Shown one piece after another: positions 48,461-58,040 of a stretch of 64,000 bases of DNA. The stretch is from a virus (taxonomy: Duplodnaviria > Caudoviricetes), in IMG/VR virus record IMGVR_UViG_3300014656_000025, positions 6,498 to 70,497 of that record, one strand, 5' to 3'. The translations under genes and the position numbers were made by a program. The stretch's first letter is position 1. The number at the start of each line of letters is the position of its first letter. The notes under the pieces were generated by a model. The model ran no database searches and was not told where the DNA came from. It was given only the letters and a program-made list of their open reading frames with translations.

Positions 48461-51007
48461 CTAGAACGGTTCCGTGCCAGTAGTGCCACTTGCAACCGTG
48501 AGTGTAGCCAGTCCATTCCCATTAAGAACCTCCATAGCATTCCGTGAACTGACGGAACGTAGCAGGCGGTTAGTTGGAGCATCGCTATCCGGCGGCGACA
48601 AATACAGCGGGATGTAGGGTGAAAACACCGCCGCAGCCCGTCTCCAACTCTCAGGCTTGAAGCCGAAGAGCATCGTGTTTGGATAGAACCAAGCGGACTT
48701 ATAGACAGTGTACTCAGCGAACTTACCGGGCTGAGTTATGCCGAGACCAAACTGATTGTCAGTGGCCGTGGCACTGGAAGTCCAGAACTGGTTCATGGCC
48801 GCAAGCATCGCAACGCTCCTGGTGTCACCGACTATCCAGTTTGCGCCGTTATAGACCTTGGCGGCGATGTCAGAGCTTACGCGATTAACCCACAGCGAGA
48901 GACCTTGGTTATACCACTCACCCTGAGATTCCCAAGCGGTGGGCTTGGCCGTGCCATAGGTTTCTGTAGCTGCTGTTGCGCCAGCTCTCATCATCTCTAG
49001 GAATTCTCCGTTGAGTTCCCTAGCGATTTCATTGACCGATTCGGCAAGCAATTCCTGCTCTGCATCGAGGCCGAACGCGGCCTTCATGTCCTGCATCAGG
49101 ACAGAAGTTATGTTGTAGTAGATGGACTTCTCGACTGCGGTGATGTCTGTCGAGTCGAAGTCCAGTGCAATCTGACTCTTCGTTGCGGCTTCCGTGTGGT
49201 CGGCCCAGCCCGTGTCGAATGCCCCACTGTCATCCATGTCACTACCATCGTAAGTCCCACTAGCATACTCAAAGTTCAGGTAGTAAATGGTTCCAGTCTT
49301 CTGACTGATGGGCTGTACGCTCTGAAGGTCAAAAGGAATGAGCTTCGGGAAAATCGAGCGCACGAGCGGAAGGATGTATGCCTGCGTCGTACCGAGCGCA
49401 GTGCTTGTGGTTACAGCCTCCTGCATCTGATAGCCCTGCCGCGTGCAAGCCTGGAAATACTGCGGATAGTTCTTCTGGTAGTTTTCGAGGATACAACGCA
49501 TGTTGTATGCTGGGTTAGAAGGTATCGCTTCCCCAGTATCCTCAATGCCTTCCATCAGGTCATGGAAAACCTCGCCTACGGTTTCTGGTCTATCACGACC
49601 ATCGGTGCTTCCACCGTAGTTAGGCAGCCAGAACTTCTCACGTTCATCACCCGTGATTATTCCGATGCCTCCGTATTTATCATTCATGGTAAGTGCGCTC
49701 AACTGCGGCGTAACCGAAAGAACGGTGTCCGCAACCTCTTCAGGAGTAGAACAGTCCTTCAGATGCGCTCCCACTAGGAACGCGACGCTTTTGTTGCCCT
49801 CACTGAGTGTGTCAATTGCTGTCTTTTTGGCTTCGGCGAGCGCAGCAGCTTTAGCGAACGCATCGTGGGTAGCACCAACCTGAGCTACAATACCATCCTG
49901 CGTCCGCAACAGTACTAGGTCAGCAACCTGCTTGGCGATAGCGTCCACATCTACCTGTGGCGCAACAGGTTCATCAGCCTCAGGCGTTACTTCTGGCGTC
50001 GGAGTAACCTCCTCAACCACTTCATCTTCAACTTCCTCAACTTCTTCTACAACGTCTTTTTCGTCAGCCATTATACTGGCCTCCTCGTTTTCTGTTTGTT
50101 CATCAGCACTGTCTTTTGTAAAACTGACAGTTTTGGTTTTGGCTGCACCTCTATCTACGAGGTCACACCCATCCCAGATGTAGTTGCGGATTTCAACATA
50201 TTCCTTACCATCTGGACTATCATCAGCATTTATGATTTTGCGGTCTCCATAACCAATTATTGACCATTCTGTTTGCACGTCGTGTTCCCACAACGTCATT
50301 ATGTCTGTCCCTGCGCTAGTTGGAAGGACTGCTCCTTCGAGATAGACACTATCACCTTGGAGAAACACTGCATCATAACGAACTACTATATTACTAGGAT
50401 TGCCTCCAGAGAAAAACCCTGGATGTCCGTCCTGTCCAGTAAATCTTCCGGCTTTCATCATGCGGTTTACACGAGGTAGGTTTTTCTCAAATTGCTTGCG
50501 TGGATAAAGTCTTCGGTTCTTGTTTATTTTATCCATTTGCGCAACAATTGCGCGAAACCTCATCGAGCCATCACTTGGTGCTTCTTCGAGGTCTTCAATT
50601 ATTTCTGCTTTTCCAACGAATGTATCCTCGATGCGTTCCCTGCCGTCGTTCTTCAACTCATCAACGCGGGCTTCGGCGATTGTAAGTAGCGATACGTCAT
50701 CACTGTCCAATATCTGCAACAGAACATCTTCAGCCTCAGCAACATCAGTGGCGTCGGCGATGGCTTCCGCAATCACGGAATCACCATCAACACTATCCAC
50801 TTCGAGTTGCATTTCTGCGCCACACTCAAGACACCCTGCGGGTGTAACGTCATACTCTTGCGTATACCCACATTCTGGACACTCACAAGTTTCATCGTTT
50901 TTGACATCTAATTCATCATCAGAAATACGGTTATCATCTGCCATAAGCATCATCCAATCTGGCAAACCCTCTGTCCTACATCGGCACGCTTGTGGTTTTT
51001 CGGCCAT
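48461..51007 (-). CDS. fused prohead protease (T4 gp21-like) - scaffold - major capsid protein (T4 gp23-like)
   Basis: NKNRRLYP, DGHP, WSIIGYG, DLVDRGA; acidic linker; ILPLVRSIFPKLI..VQPI, DAEQEL..EIARELN, ANWIV, FSPYIPL; true start may be near 50944. Confidence 0.88.
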   Translation of the reverse strand: MAEKPQACRCRTEGLPDWMMLMADDNRISDDELDVKNDETCECPECGYTQEYDVTPAGCLECGAEMQLEVDSVDGDSVIAEAIADATDVAEAEDVLLQILDSDDVSLLTIAEARVDELKNDGRERIEDTFVGKAEIIEDLEEAPSDGSMRFRAIVAQMDKINKNRRLYPRKQFEKNLPRVNRMMKAGRFTGQDGHPGFFSGGNPSNIVVRYDAVFLQGDSVYLEGAVLPTSAGTDIMTLWEHDVQTEWSIIGYGDRKIINADDSPDGKEYVEIRNYIWDGCDLVDRGAAKTKTVSFTKDSADEQTENEEASIMADEKDVVEEVEEVEDEVVEEVTPTPEVTPEADEPVAPQVDVDAIAKQVADLVLLRTQDGIVAQVGATHDAFAKAAALAEAKKTAIDTLSEGNKSVAFLVGAHLKDCSTPEEVADTVLSVTPQLSALTMNDKYGGIGIITGDEREKFWLPNYGGSTDGRDRPETVGEVFHDLMEGIEDTGEAIPSNPAYNMRCILENYQKNYPQYFQACTRQGYQMQEAVTTSTALGTTQAYILPLVRSIFPKLIPFDLQSVQPISQKTGTIYYLNFEYASGTYDGSDMDDSGAFDTGWADHTEAATKSQIALDFDSTDITAVEKSIYYNITSVLMQDMKAAFGLDAEQELLAESVNEIARELNGEFLEMMRAGATAATETYGTAKPTAWESQGEWYNQGLSLWVNRVSSDIAAKVYNGANWIVGDTRSVAMLAAMNQFWTSSATATDNQFGLGITQPGKFAEYTVYKSAWFYPNTMLFGFKPESWRRAAAVFSPYIPLYLSPPDSDAPTNRLLRSVSSRNAMEVLNGNGLATLTVASGTTGTEPF

Positions 51008-52674
51008 ATCCAGTATATGCCTGTGTCAAAACTATCACATAACGGAATTATTGTCAAGGGGTTGTTCTCATTTTTGTGAATAATTTTACGCAACTCTGTA
51101 CGCCTTTCACTCATTGGTAATTGCGATATGTCAGTATCGTTCAGATATGCGATGTCGTAACAATGCGCAACTGTGTGCATATCAGTTAAATTATCACTGA
51201 GCATATGGGCCTCTGGAATAGGTTCTCCATCATCATCTGCGGAAATTATGCACTCTATAATACAAGGCGTTTCCAATTCTGCTACAGCCTCACAAATGCT
51301 TGGGAATTCATGTGCCCGATTGCGTCCACCCTTGCCAACGAATATAGCGGTGTTGTGTTTGCCTTTGTGTATTTGCGCGTCAATTCCATCCGGTATTACG
51401 CAGACAATGTTATCTTCCAATGCAGCCAAAACATCTTCTTCTGATTCCCAATTTACGCTTGATGATATTTCTGTAGGTGGTAGTGGTTGTCCTATCCTAA
51501 TAGCTTCGGTGTATACAAACCAAAACGGGCGAAGCATATCATCGAGAATTTCGTTCTTGTATCTTACTAAGAATTGCCCAGCACCCAACGACGGTAACTC
51601 ATTTGCGGAATTGAGTGTGCATTTTATCGGCAACGTTTTCACACCATCTGGGAAAACAATATTGCCAATTATTTCCTGCCTATCATTCAGCACTGTATTT
51701 TTGCAGTTTCTGTCACCTATCTGCAATACATCGAAGACGAACATCGTTTCATCGAATCTGAGCGCGAGAAAAATTGCGCTTTGCAATCCATCAATAGTCA
51801 TCAAGCCATCAACTATGTCAACGAATTCTGTATTGCGTTCTCCGTCCTGGTTGTAAATTGCAACGCCATCTTCCATTTTATGTATCTGATACATCTCATA
51901 ACTATTTGGGATTGGCTGAACAATGATTGGAAACTTGTATGCACCTTGTTTGCGGAAATAACCAACAGGTATGTATTCACCAACAGTCATGTCGTCCTGT
52001 GGGTATTCCACACAAGGCTGGTCCTTGCGAATCAGCCACAATTCATATACAGGTATCCGAGAACGCCCCTCAATATCATCGCTTGCAACGATGTTGGTGT
52101 CCAACCCTTTGTTTTCTAGGGTTTCCACAGCAGAAGGCTTTGCGACAATTGCAGCAATGCCATCATCTTCGTACAAAATACTGCCAGTAATACTTGCGGC
52201 CTCATCTGACACTTGAATAGCTGCTGGTAAATCATCCCATACGGGGTTGTGTGTTTCATTCTTGTCCCAATCCTCTGTGCTGATGTGTGGTTGTTCAACC
52301 AGTGCCAACAACCTCACCGCTAAATCATGCAAGTCTTTGGACTCCAATTCATGTGCTGCATCATGCACCTGTAACGCTTCGGAAAGTGATGGCAATAATG
52401 ATGTTGCAGCATCTTTGGTGCCAGCATGAAATTCCCCGTTATGACTTGCGCAGTGAGCCTTAGCCTGTTTTGTGCCTTCTGCGCTGCCCCAACCATTCTT
52501 AAAGCGATAGCGTAGTGAAACAGGCTTACTCTTATCCTTCCACCAGCAAACTACACGCTCGATGAGTTTGCCATTCACCTTCCCGCCCTTGACGGTGGTG
52601 CAACGGTCACTACCAGAAGAACTTGCTACGCGGCACGTGTGCATTCCGGCCATCGGGTCTTGTATCTTTCTCAT
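50950..52674 (-). CDS. head-region protein with two degenerate ATP-dependent DNA ligase adenylation domains
   Basis: QIHK..AIY, FVFDVL..LNDRQEII; QIHKG..EFPSI, YDIAYLN..ISQLPMSERRTEL; motif I Lys absent in both. Confidence 0.7.
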   Translation of the reverse strand: MRKIQDPMAGMHTCRVASSSGSDRCTTVKGGKVNGKLIERVVCWWKDKSKPVSLRYRFKNGWGSAEGTKQAKAHCASHNGEFHAGTKDAATSLLPSLSEALQVHDAAHELESKDLHDLAVRLLALVEQPHISTEDWDKNETHNPVWDDLPAAIQVSDEAASITGSILYEDDGIAAIVAKPSAVETLENKGLDTNIVASDDIEGRSRIPVYELWLIRKDQPCVEYPQDDMTVGEYIPVGYFRKQGAYKFPIIVQPIPNSYEMYQIHKMEDGVAIYNQDGERNTEFVDIVDGLMTIDGLQSAIFLALRFDETMFVFDVLQIGDRNCKNTVLNDRQEIIGNIVFPDGVKTLPIKCTLNSANELPSLGAGQFLVRYKNEILDDMLRPFWFVYTEAIRIGQPLPPTEISSSVNWESEEDVLAALEDNIVCVIPDGIDAQIHKGKHNTAIFVGKGGRNRAHEFPSICEAVAELETPCIIECIISADDDGEPIPEAHMLSDNLTDMHTVAHCYDIAYLNDTDISQLPMSERRTELRKIIHKNENNPLTIIPLCDSFDTGIYWIWPKNHKRADVGQRVCQIG

Positions 52675-54146
52675 TTTGTATCATCTCCACTCACAGGCGG
52701 TTCGACAACTATGTTTGCGGCCCACTTTGCAATTTCATCATCAGACAAATCAAGCACCTTCTTACCGATGATTTCTTCTGGTATGCCCATCTTATACCAT
52801 CCAGACGCAGCCTGCGCATTATTAACAGCAATCTTAGCAACAGACTCTGCGGTCTTCGATATTATCTGCGGATACACTAATTTGTACGCAACCTTACTTG
52901 GGTCTATTCCACTAAGCAACATCTGCACCCCAAATATCTTACGAGCACCCTTCTCGTGGGTTTGTTGCGCACGACTTCCAAGCCATGTAAATGCTTCCTT
53001 CGTTTCCTCAGGCGTCTTGTCAACAAACGACCTCTGCCCAACCCTCATATTCAAATAAGACATTGGGACACCAAGCCCAGCTAACACACGATTCAAACTC
53101 CATGAAATATCATTGATGTTTTCCAGCGCAGCAGTTCCCGAGCGAAGGTTATCAACTCCACCCTCTATGATTTTACCGTCCCTTGTATAAATCATTGCGA
53201 CATAGAAATCAGTGTCAACATCTATCGGGTTCTCACTGTAACCCACTGAAAAACGGGCATCCGTGCTATCGTATGGAGTAACTACATCTTTCTCCATATT
53301 CTCTCGATATTCTTTGAACTTCGCTTCAACCTCTTTAGCAGTAGAACCTATCGGAATTGGTATTTTGTGTACGCGAGTATCCCATGCTCTTATCAAACGC
53401 GCAATAGCCAAACTGTCCTCTTGCGCGTGCAATCTTTTCCATTGAGGAATAACTGGAGCTAACAGCGGTTCTGCATACTTCCCACCAGGATTATTACCAA
53501 ACTGCCAATGAACAATCTGATAGGCGTACCATGCAGCAACCGGAGAACCTATTTCATCTCTCTGCACATAAGCTGGGAGTTCTGCATCCTGTGGGGATTT
53601 CATATACGCATCGGGGTCTCCTGTAGACAAGCGACCATATTCATCAGTATTTATTTCTATCTGATAAGGCTTAGGAAACTGCTTCACTCGTGCGATTGGC
53701 TGTAATCTGTCGTCACCATACGGAACCAACTCTGCGAAATGATTGCCAGCTTTTGTAGCCATGCGAATAATGTTCCACGTCTGTTCCATTAACATTGTGT
53801 CATCAGCCGTCTTTTGCATCAACGCCAACGCTTTTCTTTGCAACGGGCCAACAGCGTGTTCTTCGTCATCAATAAGTTCTATTTTGAATCCCCAAAAATT
53901 ATCCTTGGGGAAATAGCAAGCAGCACTGGCGATGGTGTCCAGTCCCCTAGCAATCAATCCATCTCCAGTATCCATAGCATCCAAGTCTTTGAATACAGAT
54001 TTTCTTCCATAGGTTCTAGCCCACGGAACATTTATTGCCGTCGTGCTTGAGCCGACAACACCTGCTCCAGCAGGGACAATTTTAGTGTCATCTTTTGCAA
54101 CTAAAGCAGCCCAAGCATTTTTAACCCGCGTCAATGGATTATCCAT
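52671..54146 (-). CDS. portal protein (T4 gp20-like)
   Basis: YQIVH, LHAQEDSLAIARLIRA..RVHKIPIP, LAGLGVPMSYL; follows the terminase. Confidence 0.88.
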   Translation of the reverse strand: MDNPLTRVKNAWAALVAKDDTKIVPAGAGVVGSSTTAINVPWARTYGRKSVFKDLDAMDTGDGLIARGLDTIASAACYFPKDNFWGFKIELIDDEEHAVGPLQRKALALMQKTADDTMLMEQTWNIIRMATKAGNHFAELVPYGDDRLQPIARVKQFPKPYQIEINTDEYGRLSTGDPDAYMKSPQDAELPAYVQRDEIGSPVAAWYAYQIVHWQFGNNPGGKYAEPLLAPVIPQWKRLHAQEDSLAIARLIRAWDTRVHKIPIPIGSTAKEVEAKFKEYRENMEKDVVTPYDSTDARFSVGYSENPIDVDTDFYVAMIYTRDGKIIEGGVDNLRSGTAALENINDISWSLNRVLAGLGVPMSYLNMRVGQRSFVDKTPEETKEAFTWLGSRAQQTHEKGARKIFGVQMLLSGIDPSKVAYKLVYPQIISKTAESVAKIAVNNAQAASGWYKMGIPEEIIGKKVLDLSDDEIAKWAANIVVEPPVSGDDTK

Positions 54147-54152
54147 ATATTA

Positions 54153-55739
54153 TCAACCCATCCTCTTTACGTGCCGCGCTATCCCAACAGGAACATCGCT
54201 TATAAGACGAGACATATCTGCCGCTGACAGCGCAAGCCACAGAGACATAATCATATCCGTTGTCTTTGTTTCATAAGGAAAGCCCAACATTTCCTTAATT
54301 AAATCACATATCTCACAACTATGCAATAAGTCTGTATGGTCTCCAGCAAAAGGAAAGTCCCATCTTTCAGCCCGCATCTCCGCCACAAGCCCAGGAAGTC
54401 CGATTTCTGGGTTCCACTTCTGCGAACCTGTAAAAAAACCTTCCAGCGGAAGCTCCAACTCTTGGGCGTACTTGAACTCAGCTATCACTCTAATAAGACT
54501 GAGCATCGCTTCCTGTGTTGCGTTGTTTTCTACGCATATATTTGAGAAAGAGTGCCGGATGTGCATCTCAACTACTTTTTCCGCCACAATTTCAGGAGGC
54601 TCTCTCATCCGAATGATTTCTAGCAACACCCGACGCTCATCTGCCATAAGACCAATTGCGGTGATGCAGGAGAAACTCCCGGTGTTCTTCAGTGACGCCG
54701 CTGGGTCAAGCCCACAATATTTTGCTATAATTGGAACCCTAGATTGCCCAACCTGCAAGTCTTCAGCCTTGCAGACATCAACCACAGCTTGCGTCCACCA
54801 TGTGCGGCTTTGGCGCAAGCCCTTCAGAAGGAACTGTTGGTCAAACGCCTCATCACCAATTTCCTTGCGCCGCTTCTCAAGCGCATACAACGGCCAACGC
54901 TCAGGCCACAACGGTTCTCCGGCTTCGTTGATTGCTGGTTCTTTCCAAACGTGCCACATTTCATGGCTGACTAAATCTTCAATCAAGTCATCAGGAGACC
55001 ACGCCGAGCCAATATAGATGTGGCTCTGCCCACCAATGTTCAACCAGTCATGGAAGAATAGTTGTTTTATCTTTGGCAAGCGTGCTGGTTCGGTTATAGT
55101 TTCCCTAGCACCAACAATGTCATCAAAGAGAATAAGGTCTGTGCGGCCCCCTGTGGCAGCAGCGGTTGCGCCATATCCCTCAATACTACAATCCTTTATC
55201 CCCAGATTGGCGTCCTCGTCCTTGAGAACGTCCATAGCTCCGCCAGCCCACGAACCCCTTGGGTCTGGAACCAGTCCGGGAAATACTTCATGCAACTCAT
55301 TGTTAGAGATTATATTCTTCTCGACCTGCGTTATGAATTTGATAGCGTTGGTATCAGTATTTGACACAACCTTAATTCTCAGGCTGGGGTTGATACCGAG
55401 GATAAACAACGCCAAGCAAACAATAGTCTCAGTCTTACCGTGCTCTCTAGGCCCTTCGATTACACCATTTGTAAGTTGTTCACCGTCTCGATATTGAGGC
55501 TTGACTTCTACGCCATCTACATATACAGTTTTTCCATTCAACAGCGGAAGCACAACACTCAGAGCCAACATATACCATTCTTTGTGGTGCTTACCGACTT
55601 TCCACGAATCACCCTTCTCGTCCTTCATTACATACTCTGCAAACCGAACGATGTCTTCTTGTTTATCCTCCAAGTCAGCGTATCGGATAGCTTCCTGTAT
55701 TGCGTCGCCCATCCCACTACGCGTATCACTCATCTGCAT
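54153..55739 (-). CDS. terL: terminase large subunit
   Basis: GPREHGKT, LILFDDIV, GLDPAAS, CVENNA, DMIMS. Confidence 0.92.
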   Translation of the reverse strand: MQMSDTRSGMGDAIQEAIRYADLEDKQEDIVRFAEYVMKDEKGDSWKVGKHHKEWYMLALSVVLPLLNGKTVYVDGVEVKPQYRDGEQLTNGVIEGPREHGKTETIVCLALFILGINPSLRIKVVSNTDTNAIKFITQVEKNIISNNELHEVFPGLVPDPRGSWAGGAMDVLKDEDANLGIKDCSIEGYGATAAATGGRTDLILFDDIVGARETITEPARLPKIKQLFFHDWLNIGGQSHIYIGSAWSPDDLIEDLVSHEMWHVWKEPAINEAGEPLWPERWPLYALEKRRKEIGDEAFDQQFLLKGLRQSRTWWTQAVVDVCKAEDLQVGQSRVPIIAKYCGLDPAASLKNTGSFSCITAIGLMADERRVLLEIIRMREPPEIVAEKVVEMHIRHSFSNICVENNATQEAMLSLIRVIAEFKYAQELELPLEGFFTGSQKWNPEIGLPGLVAEMRAERWDFPFAGDHTDLLHSCEICDLIKEMLGFPYETKTTDMIMSLWLALSAADMSRLISDVPVGIARHVKRMG

Positions 55740-56292
55740 CAGCTACCGTAAATTCTGCGTCAATCACGCCATCATCACTTGGCGCAGGCAGGCCACTTTC
55801 TGCTGCTATCTCATTTATACGCTTAAGTATAGACGCCACTTCTTTGCGCTGAAGAACTGTACCCTTCTGCATTATCTGAATGAAAACATTCTGCTGGCGA
55901 GGCATTATCCCACTCAAATCACCCGTCAATTCCCCAATGAGACGAATGGCCTTGAAGTACGATTCTGCCAATTTTGCAGCTTTCAACCATTGCCCATCAT
56001 TCCCCAACTCACTTACGCCATCACGAAGCATTGCGGCGATGTTATCAACCTCAGTGAGGACGAATGGTTTTTTTGAGCGGAGGGTGCTGGCAAGCATTTC
56101 CTGAGCGCGTTCCGTAGCCAACTGAGCGATAGCAGACTTATTCTCACGGATGAAGACTTTAATGTCGTGCTCTGTGGCATTTAGGACGCCATCATCCTGC
56201 AATACCTTGACAATATCGGAACAACTTGTGCCAGATGCACACAATTCCAGCACTTTTGTGGCCGTTTCGTTACCTTTTGCTAACAATAGCAT
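55726..56292 (-). CDS. terminase small subunit (putative)
   Basis: helical ORF directly upstream of terL; typical VIDAEF tail. Confidence 0.55.
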   Translation of the reverse strand: MLLLAKGNETATKVLELCASGTSCSDIVKVLQDDGVLNATEHDIKVFIRENKSAIAQLATERAQEMLASTLRSKKPFVLTEVDNIAAMLRDGVSELGNDGQWLKAAKLAESYFKAIRLIGELTGDLSGIMPRQQNVFIQIMQKGTVLQRKEVASILKRINEIAAESGLPAPSDDGVIDAEFTVADADE

Positions 56293-56897
56293 TATAATTG
56301 CCTCAACTTAGTCAAAATCTTCACAATCCATTCATCTTGTCCAAACTGCCGTAACACAGACATTCTGCCGATATACCCTACTGGCTCAGTTAGTGCGCCT
56401 GCGGGGATAATGTATAATGTGCCATCCGCACTGCCAAGGTGATAGTAATCAACTCCATCAACATGCCGAAGACGCACTTGATGCCCTTTACTCAACGGGG
56501 ACAACGCGAATACCTTTATCTTCACATCTCCCACAACCAATTCAGGTTCTCCTTGGCGGCAGAAGCGGTCAACAACAACATCAACCCCCTCATCCCAATA
56601 GAACTGTGCCGCGCTACTCACCATAGGGCGATGGGCATAAGTGTTGGGCTTCTTGTTGGCAGCAGTAGCCAATCTACGAGCATCGCGCCGCTTGTTTGCG
56701 CGACACCCATCACAATAACGAGTGCGATGTGAAGCCATAGGCTCACCGCAGACAACACACTTTGGCTCAATCTCATACTCATCGGCTAGAACACGCACCC
56801 ACTCCCTACTAACACCAATAGTTCTGCCAATTTGCGCAAAGTTCTTACCACTATCGTAAAGTGATTGCAATGTCTCTTTAGTTACAACGACAGACAT
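56292..56897 (-). CDS. HTH and Zn-ribbon protein
   Basis: FAQIGRTIGVSREWVR; CVVC..YCDGC. Confidence 0.6.
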   Translation of the reverse strand: MSVVVTKETLQSLYDSGKNFAQIGRTIGVSREWVRVLADEYEIEPKCVVCGEPMASHRTRYCDGCRANKRRDARRLATAANKKPNTYAHRPMVSSAAQFYWDEGVDVVVDRFCRQGEPELVVGDVKIKVFALSPLSKGHQVRLRHVDGVDYYHLGSADGTLYIIPAGALTEPVGYIGRMSVLRQFGQDEWIVKILTKLRQL

Positions 56898-56949
56898 GGT
56901 TCTCCTCCGGTTTGTGTGTTATTGCAGCATTTCAATTACAATTGTGACC

Positions 56950-56977
56950 ATTTTACCACACTGCGCACGATTGTCAA
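56950..56977 (-). promoter_or_regulatory. promoter for the packaging operon
   Basis: TTGACA-N16-TAAAAT with TGn. Confidence 0.6.
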
Positions 56978-56996
56978 TAGACCTATACGGACAACG

Positions 56997-57020
56997 AAAA
57001 AGCCACCCTTCGGGGTGGCT
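56997..57020 (-). terminator. intrinsic terminator
   Basis: AGCCACCC-CGAA-GGGTGGCT followed by a T tract. Confidence 0.8.
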
Positions 57021-57048
57021 ATAGAGTATCGTATGTTTTATGTTGTGA

Positions 57049-57405
57049 TTACATCTCTTTCTCTTCCTCCAAAACAGCAGAGAATTTATCAATAACTGCC
57101 TGTGCTTCTGGGTTGCCCGACAGGAATTCCTGCGCATCTTTTTTGCCAATTATGTTCCCAATCATCTTCAAGCGAGCACGAGCAAGTAGCCTATCAATTT
57201 GACGCACAGATATTTTGTCAACAACATTCCAGCGTTCTGTTGCACTGGTGCGAATTTCATCCACGGACTTGCCCATGATAGCATACTGCACCCAAACCTC
57301 TATCTCGTGTTCTGAGAGAGATGTGAGAATGTCCTGCTGCCGGACGCCAACTGTTTTGGCTAAGTTCTCGACAGCCCGAATCATTTCTGGCGTTACTGCT
57401 TCCAT
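57049..57405 (-). CDS. sigma70 region 4-like HTH protein, possible late regulator
   Basis: LSEHEIEVW..GKSVDEI..ISVRQIDRLLARARLKM. Confidence 0.55.
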   Translation of the reverse strand: MEAVTPEMIRAVENLAKTVGVRQQDILTSLSEHEIEVWVQYAIMGKSVDEIRTSATERWNVVDKISVRQIDRLLARARLKMIGNIIGKKDAQEFLSGNPEAQAVIDKFSAVLEEEKEM

Positions 57406-57523
57406 TCAATCATCACCGCACCCCAAAGTGTTTTACAAGGCGGGGCGGCATTGAGTGGATGGCCCCCTTGAGAAACACCCTGCTTTACCACCCCGCCAGA
57501 TACTAGATTGAGACTCTGCGAAC

Positions 57524-57589
57524 ATTATAGCAGATTACAACGCGGTTGTCAATAAAAATATTGACGAAGCCCAAACCACGTGTTATACT
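57524..57589. promoter_or_regulatory. back-to-back divergent sigma70 promoters
   Basis: - strand TTGACA-N17-TATAAT (57552-57524); + strand TTGACG-N17-TATACT (57561-57589). Confidence 0.8.
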
Positions 57590-57595
57590 TACTGT

Positions 57596-57973
57596 ATGCC
57601 AAAGCTCAACCGACAAATGGAAGACGTTCTCTGCGCTATTTACACTATCGAACTAACCAACACCATCCCCCGCAACGCTATGATTGGTAAGGCCTGCAAT
57701 ATGCCGCCCAATCTAGTAACACATTGGGGGAAGAAACTGGCTGCGCAAGGACTTGTGCAATTTGGTAAGTGGGCATACTACGCATTGACCGAAGACGGTT
57801 TGCCCTTGGCGATTCATCTTTACCAACGGCGCATGGCGTTGGCGACGGCATTACAGGAAGTGTTTGGTGTCAGCGAAGAACTTGCGCTCGAACAAGCTGA
57901 TGCGTGGGAGCATGATTTGACTGAGGAATTAGGGAAGAAAGTCGGGAACGGTGTTTTACCGCTCTACCATTGA
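57596..57973 (+). CDS. DtxR/MntR-family metal-dependent regulator-like protein
   Basis: EDVLCAIY, LTEDG, VFGVSEELA..ADAWEH; leaderless. Confidence 0.8.
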   Translation: MPKLNRQMEDVLCAIYTIELTNTIPRNAMIGKACNMPPNLVTHWGKKLAAQGLVQFGKWAYYALTEDGLPLAIHLYQRRMALATALQEVFGVSEELALEQADAWEHDLTEELGKKVGNGVLPLYH

Positions 57974-58034
57974 GCTACCGGCCATTGCTGGCCGAACCGG
58001 ATTTGAACCGATAACCTGTTCCTTAGCATGGAAC
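57961..58034 (-). ncRNA. circularly permuted tRNA-like RNA (anticodon GCT)
   Basis: order is anticodon arm - variable - T arm - acceptor 3' strand - GCAA - acceptor 5' strand - D arm; all four stems pair. Confidence 0.85.
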
Positions 58035-58040
58035 GATGCC

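Noticed and set aside
57961-58034. Permuted tRNA read as an attP or tRNA remnant, or as two broken tandem tRNAs
   Set aside because: No integrase in the window; the two halves are exactly complementary, in reversed order, and fused by 4 nt with a dedicated promoter, which simple remnants would not explain. An origin by tandem duplication remains possible
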